From a virus, in the IMG/VR virus record IMGVR_UViG_3300006752_006525, positions 1 to 64,000 of that record: 64,000 nucleotides of DNA. One strand, written 5' to 3'. The position numbers and the translations under genes are program-made. Under the pieces are notes generated by a model. The model made no database searches and was not told the DNA's origin. It saw only the letters and a list, made by a program, of their open reading frames with translations. Of the stretch, positions 20,424 through 30,474 are shown in pieces; the first letter of the stretch is position 1, and each line of letters begins with the position of its first letter.

Positions 20424-20781
20424 AGCAATTAACGATAATATACTTTGTGTAGATGGTGACTTCGGAGAGCAAGTTACTCAAAGCGGTATTATTATTCAAA
20501 ACACCAGCGGTAAAGAAGAAGGTATATATTCACGTTGGTTTAAGGTATTTGAAGTAGGCCCAGACATTGATTGGTTAACACCAGGGCAATGGGTATATGT
20601 AGAATATGGTAGATGGACTGAAGCAATGAAACTGTCCGACGATAGGTTTGAAACTGATGACAACAAAGCAGATGTATGGAAAGTAGATCCTAAAGGTTGT
20701 TTAGCAGTTGCAGACGAAAAACCAGATGGAGTCAGTGTTGCTGACGTATTTGGTGATGTATATCGCAAACAGAGAGATTAA
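20413..20781 (+). CDS. groES: GroES-like co-chaperonin
   Basis: IRAINDNIL..TQSGIII..VGP..PGQWV. Confidence 0.7.
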   Translation: MKIRAINDNILCVDGDFGEQVTQSGIIIQNTSGKEEGIYSRWFKVFEVGPDIDWLTPGQWVYVEYGRWTEAMKLSDDRFETDDNKADVWKVDPKGCLAVADEKPDGVSVADVFGDVYRKQRD

Positions 20782-20948
20782 TGAAGTTACCTAACATACA
20801 AAACAGAGTAGGCTTAACCACAGCAGGGTTGACAGGAAATGTAATTCTAGCAGGAATTATATTTGGCAGTCTAAATCCATGGTGGTTAATAGTTTCAATA
20901 GTAATGATAATGGCTGGAATGGGTTACGAATCAGGAAGAAATCAATAA
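20781..20948 (+). CDS. Small two-TM membrane protein (55 aa)
   Basis: MKLPNIQNRVGLTTAGL...PWWLIVSIVMI; coupled on both sides. Confidence 0.55.
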   Translation: MKLPNIQNRVGLTTAGLTGNVILAGIIFGSLNPWWLIVSIVMIMAGMGYESGRNQ

Positions 20949-21187
20949 TGCCGTACATAGAAAAAACAGGCAACAAAGCAATCAGAGAGCAACTGTGGCA
21001 ATGGGAAGGCGTAATGCATGACCCTAACATAGATGGCTTCAATGGTTGGGGTTGTAAACAAAAAATATATGAAGTTTACTTTCAAGCAAAAGAAGCAATA
21101 GAAAATGGTCCTTCATATTTCGGCGAGGAAGAATGGTTACAGGAAAGGAAGGATGAAAAAGCCTTCAAAAAATTAGGAGGGGGATAA
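20948..21187 (+). CDS. Hypothetical protein
   Basis: MPYIEK...DPNIDGFNGWGCKQ; coupled start. Confidence 0.6.
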   Translation: MPYIEKTGNKAIREQLWQWEGVMHDPNIDGFNGWGCKQKIYEVYFQAKEAIENGPSYFGEEEWLQERKDEKAFKKLGGG

Positions 21188-21571
21188 ATGAATACTAGAT
21201 TAGCAGTATTACTATCAATATTATTTGTCACAGGATGTGCAAACGTAGCAAAGTATATTCCTAGTGACTTTGATAATGTAGAGTTTGGTAAATTAGCAGA
21301 ACTGCATGTGATAGCAGAAGAGCCATTAGATGGTGTTAACTGGTGCGGACGAGCAGACATTGGCATGATGAACCACAATGCTAAAATTTTAACAGTATAC
21401 AGCGAACACAGATTAAACGACAACATCAAAAACATTTACACAGCAATACAAGACTTAACACAGGAACTATACGACAGAAAAAATCCTAGCGAAGGCTATT
21501 GTAAAATAAAAAGACAGGGTATTGCTAACATATCAGAACAAGCCTTGGCAACATTTGGAGACAGAAAATGA
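21188..21571 (+). CDS. Lipoprotein
   Basis: Signal peptide with lipobox VTGC. Confidence 0.65.
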   Translation: MNTRLAVLLSILFVTGCANVAKYIPSDFDNVEFGKLAELHVIAEEPLDGVNWCGRADIGMMNHNAKILTVYSEHRLNDNIKNIYTAIQDLTQELYDRKNPSEGYCKIKRQGIANISEQALATFGDRK

Positions 21572-21783
21572 ATGTAGAACAATGGCAAACCAGCAAAGAA
21601 AAAGAAGTCAGAGAACTTAAGAATCTATGGGAAAGCGGCGGCATCTCAGAAAGCGAATACAAAGAACTTGTAGAAGATGTCATTGACATTGCCAAGATTC
21701 AAGATGACTTAGCAACAGAAGATCTCAAAAACAAAGTAGTAAAAGCAATTGACGCAATCAAGGTAGTGGCAGGCTTATTATAA
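21568..21783 (+). CDS. Hypothetical protein (SHOCT-like)
   Basis: ELKNLWESGGISESEY. Confidence 0.5.
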   Translation: MNVEQWQTSKEKEVRELKNLWESGGISESEYKELVEDVIDIAKIQDDLATEDLKNKVVKAIDAIKVVAGLL

Positions 21784-22599
21784 ATGAAGTTGAAACTAGG
21801 CATCATTGGTGCCGGCTTTGTAGGCGGTTCAGTAATTGAAGGATTTGATACTGATACTGTAGACCAGTTTGTGGTGGATCCACTATATAACGACAACACA
21901 ATTGATGACCTTGTCAAATATGATCCACCACTTCTTTTTGTTTGTGTACCTACACCAGAAACAGAATCAGGTGATGTTGATGTATCTATAGCAAGACAAA
22001 CACTAAGCGATCTTGCTGACAGAAAGTACAAAGGCATTGTGGTAATCAAAAGCACAATCACACCTAAACATCTAACAAAAATGAAAAAGGATTTTGCAAT
22101 AAACTTGGTGTACAATCCAGAGTTTCTCACAGAAGCAAATGCACATCAAGACTTTATAAATCCAAACATGCAAGTGTTAGGTGGCAGTTGGAAATTCTGC
22201 GACAAAGTAGAAAAAGCATACGCAAGACACAGCAAAGTAAAAACTGTGCCTACATTCAAAGTAGATCTCATCACAGCAAGTTTAATCAAGTACACTATAA
22301 ACAGTTGGCTTGCAACCAAAGTCATTTTTATGAATGACTTGCACAACTTGTTTACACAAAGTGGTTCTAATTCTACTTGGGAGCAATTCACAGAAATATT
22401 ACAAACAGATCCACGCATGGGTAAAACACACATGCAAGTACCTGGTCCAGATGGTTCGTTTGGTTTTGGTGGACATTGTTTCCCTAAGGACACCAAAGCA
22501 CTGTTACACTATGCTAATAAACTACAAGCAGATTTAGGAGTGTTAAAAACTGCTGTAAAATTAAATGACAAAGTGTACAGAAATGACGCAGATAATTAG
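21784..22599 (+). CDS. ugd: UDP-glucose/GDP-mannose 6-dehydrogenase family
   Basis: GAGFVG, CVPTP, IKST, NPEFL, GFGGHCFPKD. Confidence 0.9.
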   Translation: MKLKLGIIGAGFVGGSVIEGFDTDTVDQFVVDPLYNDNTIDDLVKYDPPLLFVCVPTPETESGDVDVSIARQTLSDLADRKYKGIVVIKSTITPKHLTKMKKDFAINLVYNPEFLTEANAHQDFINPNMQVLGGSWKFCDKVEKAYARHSKVKTVPTFKVDLITASLIKYTINSWLATKVIFMNDLHNLFTQSGSNSTWEQFTEILQTDPRMGKTHMQVPGPDGSFGFGGHCFPKDTKALLHYANKLQADLGVLKTAVKLNDKVYRNDADN

Positions 22600-23695
22600 A
22601 ACACATGCTGGCTCTATCTATCACTTAGATATAGAACCACCATGGTGGGGACCAATAAAACATCTAGTTAAAGATAAATTTTGTATACTCTGCTACGGCG
22701 GAAAAGATCTAACCAGTTGCAATTGGCAAGAGTTAAATTTTCACAACAAAGACATTGCTGTAATACAATATTCAGAAGCATTCGAAGATATAATGTTTGC
22801 TATAGAAGATTGGAATCTCAAAAACGTTACATTAATAACCAATAATCTAGGTCTTAGAAGCACAGAGAACGTCTCTGTGCATAGGTTTATGTGGTTTGAA
22901 TACATGCACACCTATCATCAAGAAAACTTTGTGTTAGAGGAAATGTGCCACAACGAAGCAGTAAACAAAAAGTTTATATCACTTAATGGTAGAAGAAATG
23001 TGACTAGGTTGTTCATGATACTTGGGCTGAAGTATAGAAATCTTTTAGACAAAGGCTTTGTGAGTTTATTACCTGCAACATGGAAACCAACAAAATTATA
23101 CAATTGGCGAGATGGTATAAAAGCAGTAATAGACTTTGTACAAAATTCAAGCGAGTCAGTTATTATACCCAATGACGGAAGATTTTTAGATAACTTGGTT
23201 GTTGACAGGAACATGAAAGGCAAAGACACTGCATCAAACATTATGTCCAATAGATGGCTTAAAGAATGTAATGTATCTGATGTATTAGATGGCCCATGCC
23301 ATTTTAGTTTACTGCCTATGATAAATCAATCCTTCTTTACTGTGATCAACGAAACATTTACATGCAATGGTGATCCAATGTTCTTTACTGAGAAAACATT
23401 TAAGGCCATGCAATATGGACACCCTTTTGTTTTATGTGGTGTGCCAGGTGCATTGGCAAAATTACGTGAGTTAGGATACAAAACGTTTCATCCTTACATT
23501 GATGAAAGTTATGATTTAGAGGTTGACGATTTAACAAGATATGTTAAAATATTAGAGCAGATTAAAATACTATGCGAACTAGATAACCAACAACTTAAAA
23601 CCTTTTTAAGTAACGTTCGACCTATCGCAGAGCATAACTATATGACACTAAGAGATAAAACAAACTGGATTTATAATGAAAGAACTTTGGACTGA
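22583..23695 (+). CDS. Glycosyltransferase-like (exostosin/GT10-like C-terminus)
   Basis: FISLNGR..R; INET..FFTEKTFK...HPF..LRELGYKTF..IDESYD. Confidence 0.5.
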   Translation: MTQIIRTHAGSIYHLDIEPPWWGPIKHLVKDKFCILCYGGKDLTSCNWQELNFHNKDIAVIQYSEAFEDIMFAIEDWNLKNVTLITNNLGLRSTENVSVHRFMWFEYMHTYHQENFVLEEMCHNEAVNKKFISLNGRRNVTRLFMILGLKYRNLLDKGFVSLLPATWKPTKLYNWRDGIKAVIDFVQNSSESVIIPNDGRFLDNLVVDRNMKGKDTASNIMSNRWLKECNVSDVLDGPCHFSLLPMINQSFFTVINETFTCNGDPMFFTEKTFKAMQYGHPFVLCGVPGALAKLRELGYKTFHPYIDESYDLEVDDLTRYVKILEQIKILCELDNQQLKTFLSNVRPIAEHNYMTLRDKTNWIYNERTLD

Positions 23696-24599
23696 AAAAT
23701 ATCGACCAAGCACAATTGATACGTATGTATTCCGTGATGATAACCAACGTAGGCAAGTTGCTGGTTGGGTAAATGATGGCGCATTGCCTCACTTGCTGTT
23801 TAGCGGTGCACCTGGCACTGGTAAGACTACATTAGCAAAAGTATTGTTGCGTGAACTAGACGTAGCAGACATGGATGTATTAGAGATTAATGCTAGTAAT
23901 GAAAACAATGTAGACACAATTAGAAACAAGATTACAAACTTTAGTAGCACTATGCCTTTTGGTGATTTGAAATATGTGTTACTAGATGAGGCTGATTATA
24001 TCACGCCAAATGGACAAGCGGCATTACGTGGTGTAATGGAGATGTATCATACAAGTTGTAGATTCATTCTAACATGTAATTATCCACAACGTATTATTCC
24101 TGCACTACACAGTAGATGCCAAGGCTTTCACATTGAGAAGTTAGACATCAATGAGTTCACTGCAAGAATTGCAAAAATTTGTATAGATGAAAACGTTGAA
24201 GTAGACTTAGACACACTAGATACTTATGTACAAGCAAGTTATCCAGACTTGCGTAAAAGCATTAATCTAGTACAACAAAATGTAGTAGACAATTCACTAC
24301 AAAAGCCACAAGAAGGTGATCAAAGTGCTAGTGATTGGATGTTGAAAGTTGTTGAAATGTTCAAAGCAGGGCAATACAAGCAGGCACGTGAACTGATTGT
24401 TAGTCAAGCAAGACCAGAAGAGTATGATGACGTGTACAAGTTCATGTACAGGAACCTGGAACTGTGGGGAACAACAGAACAGCAACAAGACCAAGCAGTT
24501 GTTATTATCAGAGATGGTATGGTTAAGAGCGTATCATGTGCTGACCCAGAAATTAATCTCAGTGCAACACTTATAGAACTACACTTAAACAGTATGTAG
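23676..24599 (+). CDS. Clamp loader small subunit (gp44/RFC-like AAA+)
   Basis: LWTEKYRP, GAPGTGKT, INAS, LDEAD, SRC. Confidence 0.93.
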   Translation: MKELWTEKYRPSTIDTYVFRDDNQRRQVAGWVNDGALPHLLFSGAPGTGKTTLAKVLLRELDVADMDVLEINASNENNVDTIRNKITNFSSTMPFGDLKYVLLDEADYITPNGQAALRGVMEMYHTSCRFILTCNYPQRIIPALHSRCQGFHIEKLDINEFTARIAKICIDENVEVDLDTLDTYVQASYPDLRKSINLVQQNVVDNSLQKPQEGDQSASDWMLKVVEMFKAGQYKQARELIVSQARPEEYDDVYKFMYRNLELWGTTEQQQDQAVVIIRDGMVKSVSCADPEINLSATLIELHLNSM

Positions 24600-24628
24600 T
24601 CGATAAATAGTGTTACACAGGAGAATAC

Positions 24629-24940
24629 ATGGCTGATAATAAACAAACCATAGTTGAAGATAAAGAAGTCGTAATCAAGAAATTACCTTGGTACAAACGA
24701 CTATGGCAATGGTGGCTTAGTCTATTCAAAGAAGAATACGAATTAATTGTTTGGTTTCATTCTGAAACTATTGAACATCAAGACGGATTAAAAACTATCA
24801 GACGCAGTTGCAAAACATTCATGTTAAAGGACGTCTCAAAGAAAACATCTACTCATATAGTTGGTAAAGACATATTTAACAAACCGTTTGAGATTAAAAC
24901 AGTTGAACCGTTCGATTACCAACTACGCAAATTAATGTAA
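24629..24940 (+). CDS. Hypothetical protein (late)
   Basis: GATAAATA at 24602 and AGGAGA RBS. Confidence 0.6.
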   Translation: MADNKQTIVEDKEVVIKKLPWYKRLWQWWLSLFKEEYELIVWFHSETIEHQDGLKTIRRSCKTFMLKDVSKKTSTHIVGKDIFNKPFEIKTVEPFDYQLRKLM

Positions 24941-26367
24941 TGAGATCAAACATAGATGGTGCATTTATATTAGAGTGTACTAATACTAACGTCAGAGACG
25001 AATACAGAGCCCACACAATACGTCCACTTGCACCTTTTGCATTACACGAAGTATTTCACAAACGCAACATACCCAGCACTGTAATTAATTACACAGACTT
25101 CTGGCATCCTGTTACCCTAATTGAAATGTTCGAAAAATGGGTAACACGTTTTGGTGTTAGAAATCCTGTTATTGTGTGTAGCACACTGTTTAACAATTAT
25201 ATGTTAAGCGGTGATAATACAGTGACAGCATTTATCAAACATGTGAAAAAAGAATACAACATAAAATTAATCATTGGCGGACCTATTAATCTAATAGATT
25301 ACAGTTTAGACAGTGTTATTCCAGATGCAGTATTCCAAGGTAGAAGTTTACATTTATTTGAAAGATGGTTAGAGGGCAGTGAGCCTTTGCCTAACACTGT
25401 AGAAACTGTTAATGGTGTTCAAAAATTTCACAATCCAAGCAATGAAGTAATCGAAGATCCTATTGTACCAGAACTACACAATGATTTCTGTTTGGATAAA
25501 AATGACATTATCAATTTTGAAACAAGACTAGGATGCAAGTTTAATTGTACTTTTTGCAATTTTGAATTTAGAAATGCTAAAAAAGTAAACGATGCCAGTG
25601 TAGCAAAATTAGAAAGATTTTTTAGAATAGCAAATGTACGTTATGGTATAGACACATTCAGTTGTGTAGACGATACCTTTAACGAGGACGACAACAAGAT
25701 ACAAACATTGCACACTGCCACAGGCATGTTAGATTATGTTCCTACCATAGTAGGATACAATAGATTTGATATCATGATGGCAAAACCTTACCAAGCAGAA
25801 CTACTTGATGAATGTGGCTTCCATGGTCATTACTTTGGTATTGAAACACTAAACCGCGAAGCAAGTAAAATGATTCGCAAAGGTATTAGAAAAGAAAAAG
25901 CATATGACTTTATGCGTTTTATCAGAGATACTTTCCCACATTGGCACACCTGTGCTGGATACATAATGGGTATACCCGGTGAACCTCTTGAAGAAGCCAT
26001 AGACACAATGAGTCATATTGCTGATAATAAATTACTCAAAAGCATCATACCTAACAGTTTAGGCTTATATAGAATACCAGGCAATGAACACAACTACAGC
26101 GAAATGAGCAAGAACCCTGAAAAATTTGGAATACGTCTCACACAACAAACAAGTGGACATGATGTGTTTTGGACTTCAGCAACCACAGACAAGAGAACTG
26201 CTGATGTAGCGGCATTGAGAGCCGCAAGTATTTTGGGCAAGAAAAAGTGTAAACCTTTAGACCCATGGGAATGGGCTAGTTCACGTACAACTGGACACGG
26301 TGAATCGGCGCATAATCATATACGCCGATACATATCACGTAAGGTTAATTATATAACTTGGTTATAA
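24940..26367 (+). CDS. Radical SAM protein with B12-binding-like domain, paralog of 13539..15008
   Basis: GCKFNCTFC, IIGGP, DDTFN, FGIET, IMGIPGE. Confidence 0.85.
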   Translation: MRSNIDGAFILECTNTNVRDEYRAHTIRPLAPFALHEVFHKRNIPSTVINYTDFWHPVTLIEMFEKWVTRFGVRNPVIVCSTLFNNYMLSGDNTVTAFIKHVKKEYNIKLIIGGPINLIDYSLDSVIPDAVFQGRSLHLFERWLEGSEPLPNTVETVNGVQKFHNPSNEVIEDPIVPELHNDFCLDKNDIINFETRLGCKFNCTFCNFEFRNAKKVNDASVAKLERFFRIANVRYGIDTFSCVDDTFNEDDNKIQTLHTATGMLDYVPTIVGYNRFDIMMAKPYQAELLDECGFHGHYFGIETLNREASKMIRKGIRKEKAYDFMRFIRDTFPHWHTCAGYIMGIPGEPLEEAIDTMSHIADNKLLKSIIPNSLGLYRIPGNEHNYSEMSKNPEKFGIRLTQQTSGHDVFWTSATTDKRTADVAALRAASILGKKKCKPLDPWEWASSRTTGHGESAHNHIRRYISRKVNYITWL

Positions 26368-27098
26368 ATTCCTAGCACTTCGTCAACTACAGGATGTCTT
26401 TCGATATCTGTATTTGCAAACTCAACAACCTTTATTCTGTCAGATGCAATTCTTTGCAATCTTTCTATAAACAGTTTCAAGCCATTGGATTCATAACCTC
26501 TATCGTGCTGAGCTAAGTCGCCTGTTACAACTAACTTACTGCCTTCACCTATTCTGGTTAGTAGCATTTTCATTTGACTGTCGGTAGCATTCTGCATTTC
26601 GTCAGCAATGATATATGAATTCTTGAATGTTCTTCCTCTCATGTAAGCAAGGGGAGAAATTTCAACCTTGTTATCTCCAATCATATATTCAATTTGGTCT
26701 GGAGTATAATACTCCTCAAATAAATCAAACACTGGTCTTGTCCATGGCGCCATCTTTTCTTGTAATGTGCCTGGTAAAAATCCATGTTGCTCGTCCACAC
26801 TGACTGCAGGTCGTGTAACTACGAACTTATCGATGTCACCTCCTTTGAGTTCTTTGATGCCTGCTAGTGTTGATATGAGTGTTTTGCCCGTTCCTGCTGG
26901 ACCGATTGCAAACACTATGTTTACATTTGGATTTTCTAATAGACCTAATAGTTTGTCTTGGTTAAAATTTCTGGGTACAATGTTTACTGTACTCTGTCTG
27001 TTGCGTTGGACGCCTCCTTGTATTACTCTCAAATATGATTCTCCATGTTGTTGTTTTCGATACTTGTTGCATTTCTGCTTTCTTGCTTTTCTAGACAT
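26349..27098 (-). CDS. phoH: PhoH-like ATPase
   Basis: GPAGTGKT, TRPAV, GFLPG, YMRGRT, DEMQN, GDLAQ, RHP. Confidence 0.95.
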   Translation of the reverse strand: MSRKARKQKCNKYRKQQHGESYLRVIQGGVQRNRQSTVNIVPRNFNQDKLLGLLENPNVNIVFAIGPAGTGKTLISTLAGIKELKGGDIDKFVVTRPAVSVDEQHGFLPGTLQEKMAPWTRPVFDLFEEYYTPDQIEYMIGDNKVEISPLAYMRGRTFKNSYIIADEMQNATDSQMKMLLTRIGEGSKLVVTGDLAQHDRGYESNGLKLFIERLQRIASDRIKVVEFANTDIERHPVVDEVLGIYNQVI

Positions 27099-27122
27099 TC
27101 GGGTACTCCCATTTTTTTGTCA

Positions 27123-27157
27123 CAAAAAAACGAGTAGAAGGTTTCCCCTGTACTCGT
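27123..27157 (-). terminator. Terminator-like hairpin in the phoH leader
   Basis: Minus strand ACGAGTA-CAGGGGAAACCTTC-TACTCG followed by T7. Confidence 0.55.
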
Positions 27158-27361
27158 GGTAACTTTTTGTGTCTTCCAACTTTTTAGATGGTTGATTATC
27201 ATCATACAATATTATTTAGCCGGAGAAATTACACAAAAACACAGTTGTTTATAGGTTAACCCCCATGTTAAGTGGCCAAAATAAGAATATTTCTTAACAA
27301 CTTATACTAAATAAAAGTGGTTAGTATTTACTAACCTTTTTTATCTATATAGGAGTAACAT

Positions 27362-27592
27362 ATGGATAGTATTATGAAAATAGTCAATGACTTTGTCGGC
27401 GGCCTAAGTTCAATTTTTATTGGGCTACTAGGTTTAGGAATACTTTCAGGCTTATTGTTTGGAAATCAATTCTTTATCGGCGATGTTATTGGAAACATCA
27501 CAGCACTAGTTTCAGGACTCGGTGAAAGCGGATTAGTTGGACTAATCGTAGCAATCATTGTGCTTCACCTACTAGGAGTAAAAGCCAAGTAG
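27362..27592 (+). CDS. Small membrane protein
   Basis: Hydrophobic Gly-rich helices; AGGAG RBS. Confidence 0.7.
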   Translation: MDSIMKIVNDFVGGLSSIFIGLLGLGILSGLLFGNQFFIGDVIGNITALVSGLGESGLVGLIVAIIVLHLLGVKAK

Positions 27593-27654
27593 AGAAACGG
27601 GGTTGGGGTGACCCGCATCACCCCCTACAACTATAATAACAAAAAGGAGAAAAT

Positions 27655-28263
27655 ATGAAAGTATTTCATATCTTTGCAGTGGCACTATTGGGTTTTTCTT
27701 TCAGTGCAAATGCAGTTGAATTAGGTGGTAAAGTTGGAGTTGCGTCTGACAATTATTTCAGAGGTATAAACATGAGTGACGGTTTTGGATACTCTGCAGG
27801 TGGTTATTTAGATCACGACAGCGGTATTTGGGCAGGTGCTAAGTTTATGTCTATGGATGACAGTGAGTACATGCATAGTTATGGTATTGGATACGGCCTT
27901 GAATTAGGTGGCGTTGATATAAACGTTATGTATCAAGATCACAACTTTAGCATGGACGGTTCAGAAGGCTGGGAAGAAGTAGGCGTTAAAGCAGACTTTG
28001 ACTGGTTCGCAGTTCGTTACCATGTAGGCCTCGATGATGCAAGTGATTACTGGGAAGTAAGCTCTAGTGCATTAAAGTACCTAGACGTAGCATACGGTGA
28101 TTGGGACGATGCTGGTTCATTCTGGAAATTATCAAAAGGTTTCGACCTACTTGGTGGTGAACTAGAAATGGGCTACATTGACCATGACAGTAATGATGAA
28201 GATTTTGCAGATAAAATACAAGATCTTGACAACTTCTACGTTGGTTACAGTTACAGGTTCTAA
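27655..28263 (+). CDS. Outer-membrane beta-barrel, TorF/Gcw_chp-like porin
   Basis: Signal peptide, ASDNYFRGI motif, C-terminal YSYRF (BAM signal). Confidence 0.7.
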   Translation: MKVFHIFAVALLGFSFSANAVELGGKVGVASDNYFRGINMSDGFGYSAGGYLDHDSGIWAGAKFMSMDDSEYMHSYGIGYGLELGGVDINVMYQDHNFSMDGSEGWEEVGVKADFDWFAVRYHVGLDDASDYWEVSSSALKYLDVAYGDWDDAGSFWKLSKGFDLLGGELEMGYIDHDSNDEDFADKIQDLDNFYVGYSYRF

Positions 28264-28279
28264 ACTTGTACAACTAGGG

Positions 28280-28302
28280 AAAAGGCCTCCGGGCCTTTTT
28301 TC
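28280..28302 (+). terminator. Rho-independent terminator
   Basis: AAAAGGCC-TCCG-GGCCTTTTTT. Confidence 0.8.
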
Positions 28303-28353
28303 TTGACTTTTATTTCAAATCTGTTATAATAATACAGTAAAAGGAGAAAACAA

Positions 28354-28557
28354 ATGAGTTTGATAAACGTAATTCTAATAGCAATAACCACATTCTTTAT
28401 AGTAAAGGCTGGCTGGTTATTAATTAGAGGCATGTTTGGCTTTGATAGCAATGGCTACAGAGGCATAACATATTCATTTTACTTTTTCCTTTGTGTACTA
28501 GGATGGTGGACTGCTATTTGTTTAGTGCTGTGGCTTATAGGATTTGATGTATTCTGA
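28354..28557 (+). CDS. Small membrane protein
   Basis: Two TM helices; sigma70 promoter TTGACT..TATAAT and AAGGAG RBS upstream. Confidence 0.6.
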   Translation: MSLINVILIAITTFFIVKAGWLLIRGMFGFDSNGYRGITYSFYFFLCVLGWWTAICLVLWLIGFDVF

Positions 28558-29108
28558 TGATAGTTAACCTAGATCAAATATTAAAAGAACGTCTTGTATA
28601 TCCTGAGAGCAAAAACCTACAGCAAAGAGGTATTGCCGACAAAATAGAAGAACGTTGCAACCTTATTATCAAGCAGAACTTTCCTGATGTACAAGACCCA
28701 CGCAGTAGACGTAGCATTGAAGACATCACAATAGGTGATACTTATGTGGATCACAAGAGCAGTGACGAAGCATTAGACTTCAAAATGCCTAATCTTATCA
28801 GCATAGACAGACTAATACATTTGGATAAACCGTTGATGTATAACTTTATTATATACAACAGCGATGACAAAACCATTGTGAAAAACTTTAGTTTGAATGT
28901 GTATGAACTCAATTGGGACCATCTCAGCATACAAAATCTAGGTAAAGGGCAACTGCAAATCAAAAATATGAAAGAGTTTTTGCAGAATCCTAAGTCAACA
29001 ATGACCAAAGAAGAGTGGATAGCACGTCTTAAAACAGAGGCTATTGCGTTCTACGATAAACTGTTATCAAAAACTACGGATCGTAAGACTTACTGGATGT
29101 CGCTCTAG
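28557..29108 (+). CDS. Putative PD-(D/E)xK restriction-like endonuclease
   Basis: ADKIEE..SIEDI....YVDHKS..MPNLISIDRL pattern. Confidence 0.45.
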   Translation: MIVNLDQILKERLVYPESKNLQQRGIADKIEERCNLIIKQNFPDVQDPRSRRSIEDITIGDTYVDHKSSDEALDFKMPNLISIDRLIHLDKPLMYNFIIYNSDDKTIVKNFSLNVYELNWDHLSIQNLGKGQLQIKNMKEFLQNPKSTMTKEEWIARLKTEAIAFYDKLLSKTTDRKTYWMSL

Positions 29109-29140
29109 ATTGATAAATAGTTGTAACAGGAGTTATTGTT

Positions 29141-29710
29141 ATGACTATAGCATTGAAAATACTAAACGATCAAATCAAAAAGATTTCAGAGACTAATACT
29201 CTACTGGATATGCTTCTAGAATTTGAAAAAGTATTAGATGATGTTGATCTATATGCATATAAAAATTGGAACCAAGGCGAGATACTAGAAGGTCCCATTG
29301 TTGATAGACATTTTGTAACAGTAAAACTAATGTTCCTCAATGAAGAAATGCCTGATCCATATGGAGCAAAAAGATTATTTGCTAAGGATTGTTTGGTAAA
29401 GTTTTCAAAGGACACTCTTATACGTCCAATCAAAGTCAAAAGTTGGGACGATATCACAACAGAGGCTAGACCGGATGGGTCTATCAAGAAAAAAGCAAGA
29501 TCAAAATCTGAACCTGTGTGGGTAGTTGAAATCAAAATGCCACGTAGATTCGTAGACGAATTTAGTTCAGAGCGTATAGAAATAGATAATGATAACTTTG
29601 TTGACTTAGATAGTCTAGATGCTGAAGTACAACAACAGCAAGAACAAGATATGATGCAGACCGATCCAAATATGGATATGAACATGGGTATGCAACAAGG
29701 AACTATATAA
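29141..29710 (+). CDS. Late hypothetical protein
   Basis: GATAAATA at about 29112, AGGAG RBS. Confidence 0.65.
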   Translation: MTIALKILNDQIKKISETNTLLDMLLEFEKVLDDVDLYAYKNWNQGEILEGPIVDRHFVTVKLMFLNEEMPDPYGAKRLFAKDCLVKFSKDTLIRPIKVKSWDDITTEARPDGSIKKKARSKSEPVWVVEIKMPRRFVDEFSSERIEIDNDNFVDLDSLDAEVQQQQEQDMMQTDPNMDMNMGMQQGTI

Positions 29711-30474
29711 TGGGAATCAAGCAGGGTGAATTAAAAGACACAATGCTCAGCAAGGTTAGTATTGATGAGTTTGTGCCTAAGACAGGTGATGTAGAAGATG
29801 TCATCACTGCTGGGTTTTATGTATCTGAAAGTGAAGTAGGCAATGATGTATACAAGTACATTTCAAACTCCACAGCAGATGTCAGAGACGTAGAAGTATC
29901 TCCAAACCCAAACCCAGATGGTTACTATATGGTGTTTGTGGAAATGGATCGTAACCCAGAAGCTCTTTCCAAGATAAGAGAAATTTGCAAAGACTTAGAA
30001 AATGTTGCAGGTTCTTTGAGATGGCAAGGTAAAACACATTTAATAGATGAGTATCACAGTCTATATGAAGACGATATTGAAAAGTATGTGATACTGGAGC
30101 CAGCAAAGTATATGGATAAAGAACAATTTGATGCAGAGCAGGTAGCCGCACAAGAAGCCGCAGAGCAACAAGACAATTCAAATAAGATTTTAGAGTTTTT
30201 AAGAGACAGCAGTTTATTAGAAGCAGGAATTAACGACAATAAAATTGTCATGCGTGGATCGAGAGATGTAGCACAATTAGAAATTGTGAACTTTGGTCCT
30301 GCAAAAGACATAATGGCAGAAGTTGGAATCAACGAAAGTGCAATCAAGCCATTGGACAGTACACTTAGAATGTTTAACAGTATGTTAGGTGAGATGAGAG
30401 CCGTTCCAATCGATGATTACATCGTGGTATTCCATCCAAGCCAAGATAACGTACTGGTAACAAAACAATGTTAG
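29710..30474 (+). CDS. Hypothetical protein
   Basis: Coupled ORF, 254 aa. Confidence 0.65.
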   Translation: MGIKQGELKDTMLSKVSIDEFVPKTGDVEDVITAGFYVSESEVGNDVYKYISNSTADVRDVEVSPNPNPDGYYMVFVEMDRNPEALSKIREICKDLENVAGSLRWQGKTHLIDEYHSLYEDDIEKYVILEPAKYMDKEQFDAEQVAAQEAAEQQDNSNKILEFLRDSSLLEAGINDNKIVMRGSRDVAQLEIVNFGPAKDIMAEVGINESAIKPLDSTLRMFNSMLGEMRAVPIDDYIVVFHPSQDNVLVTKQC

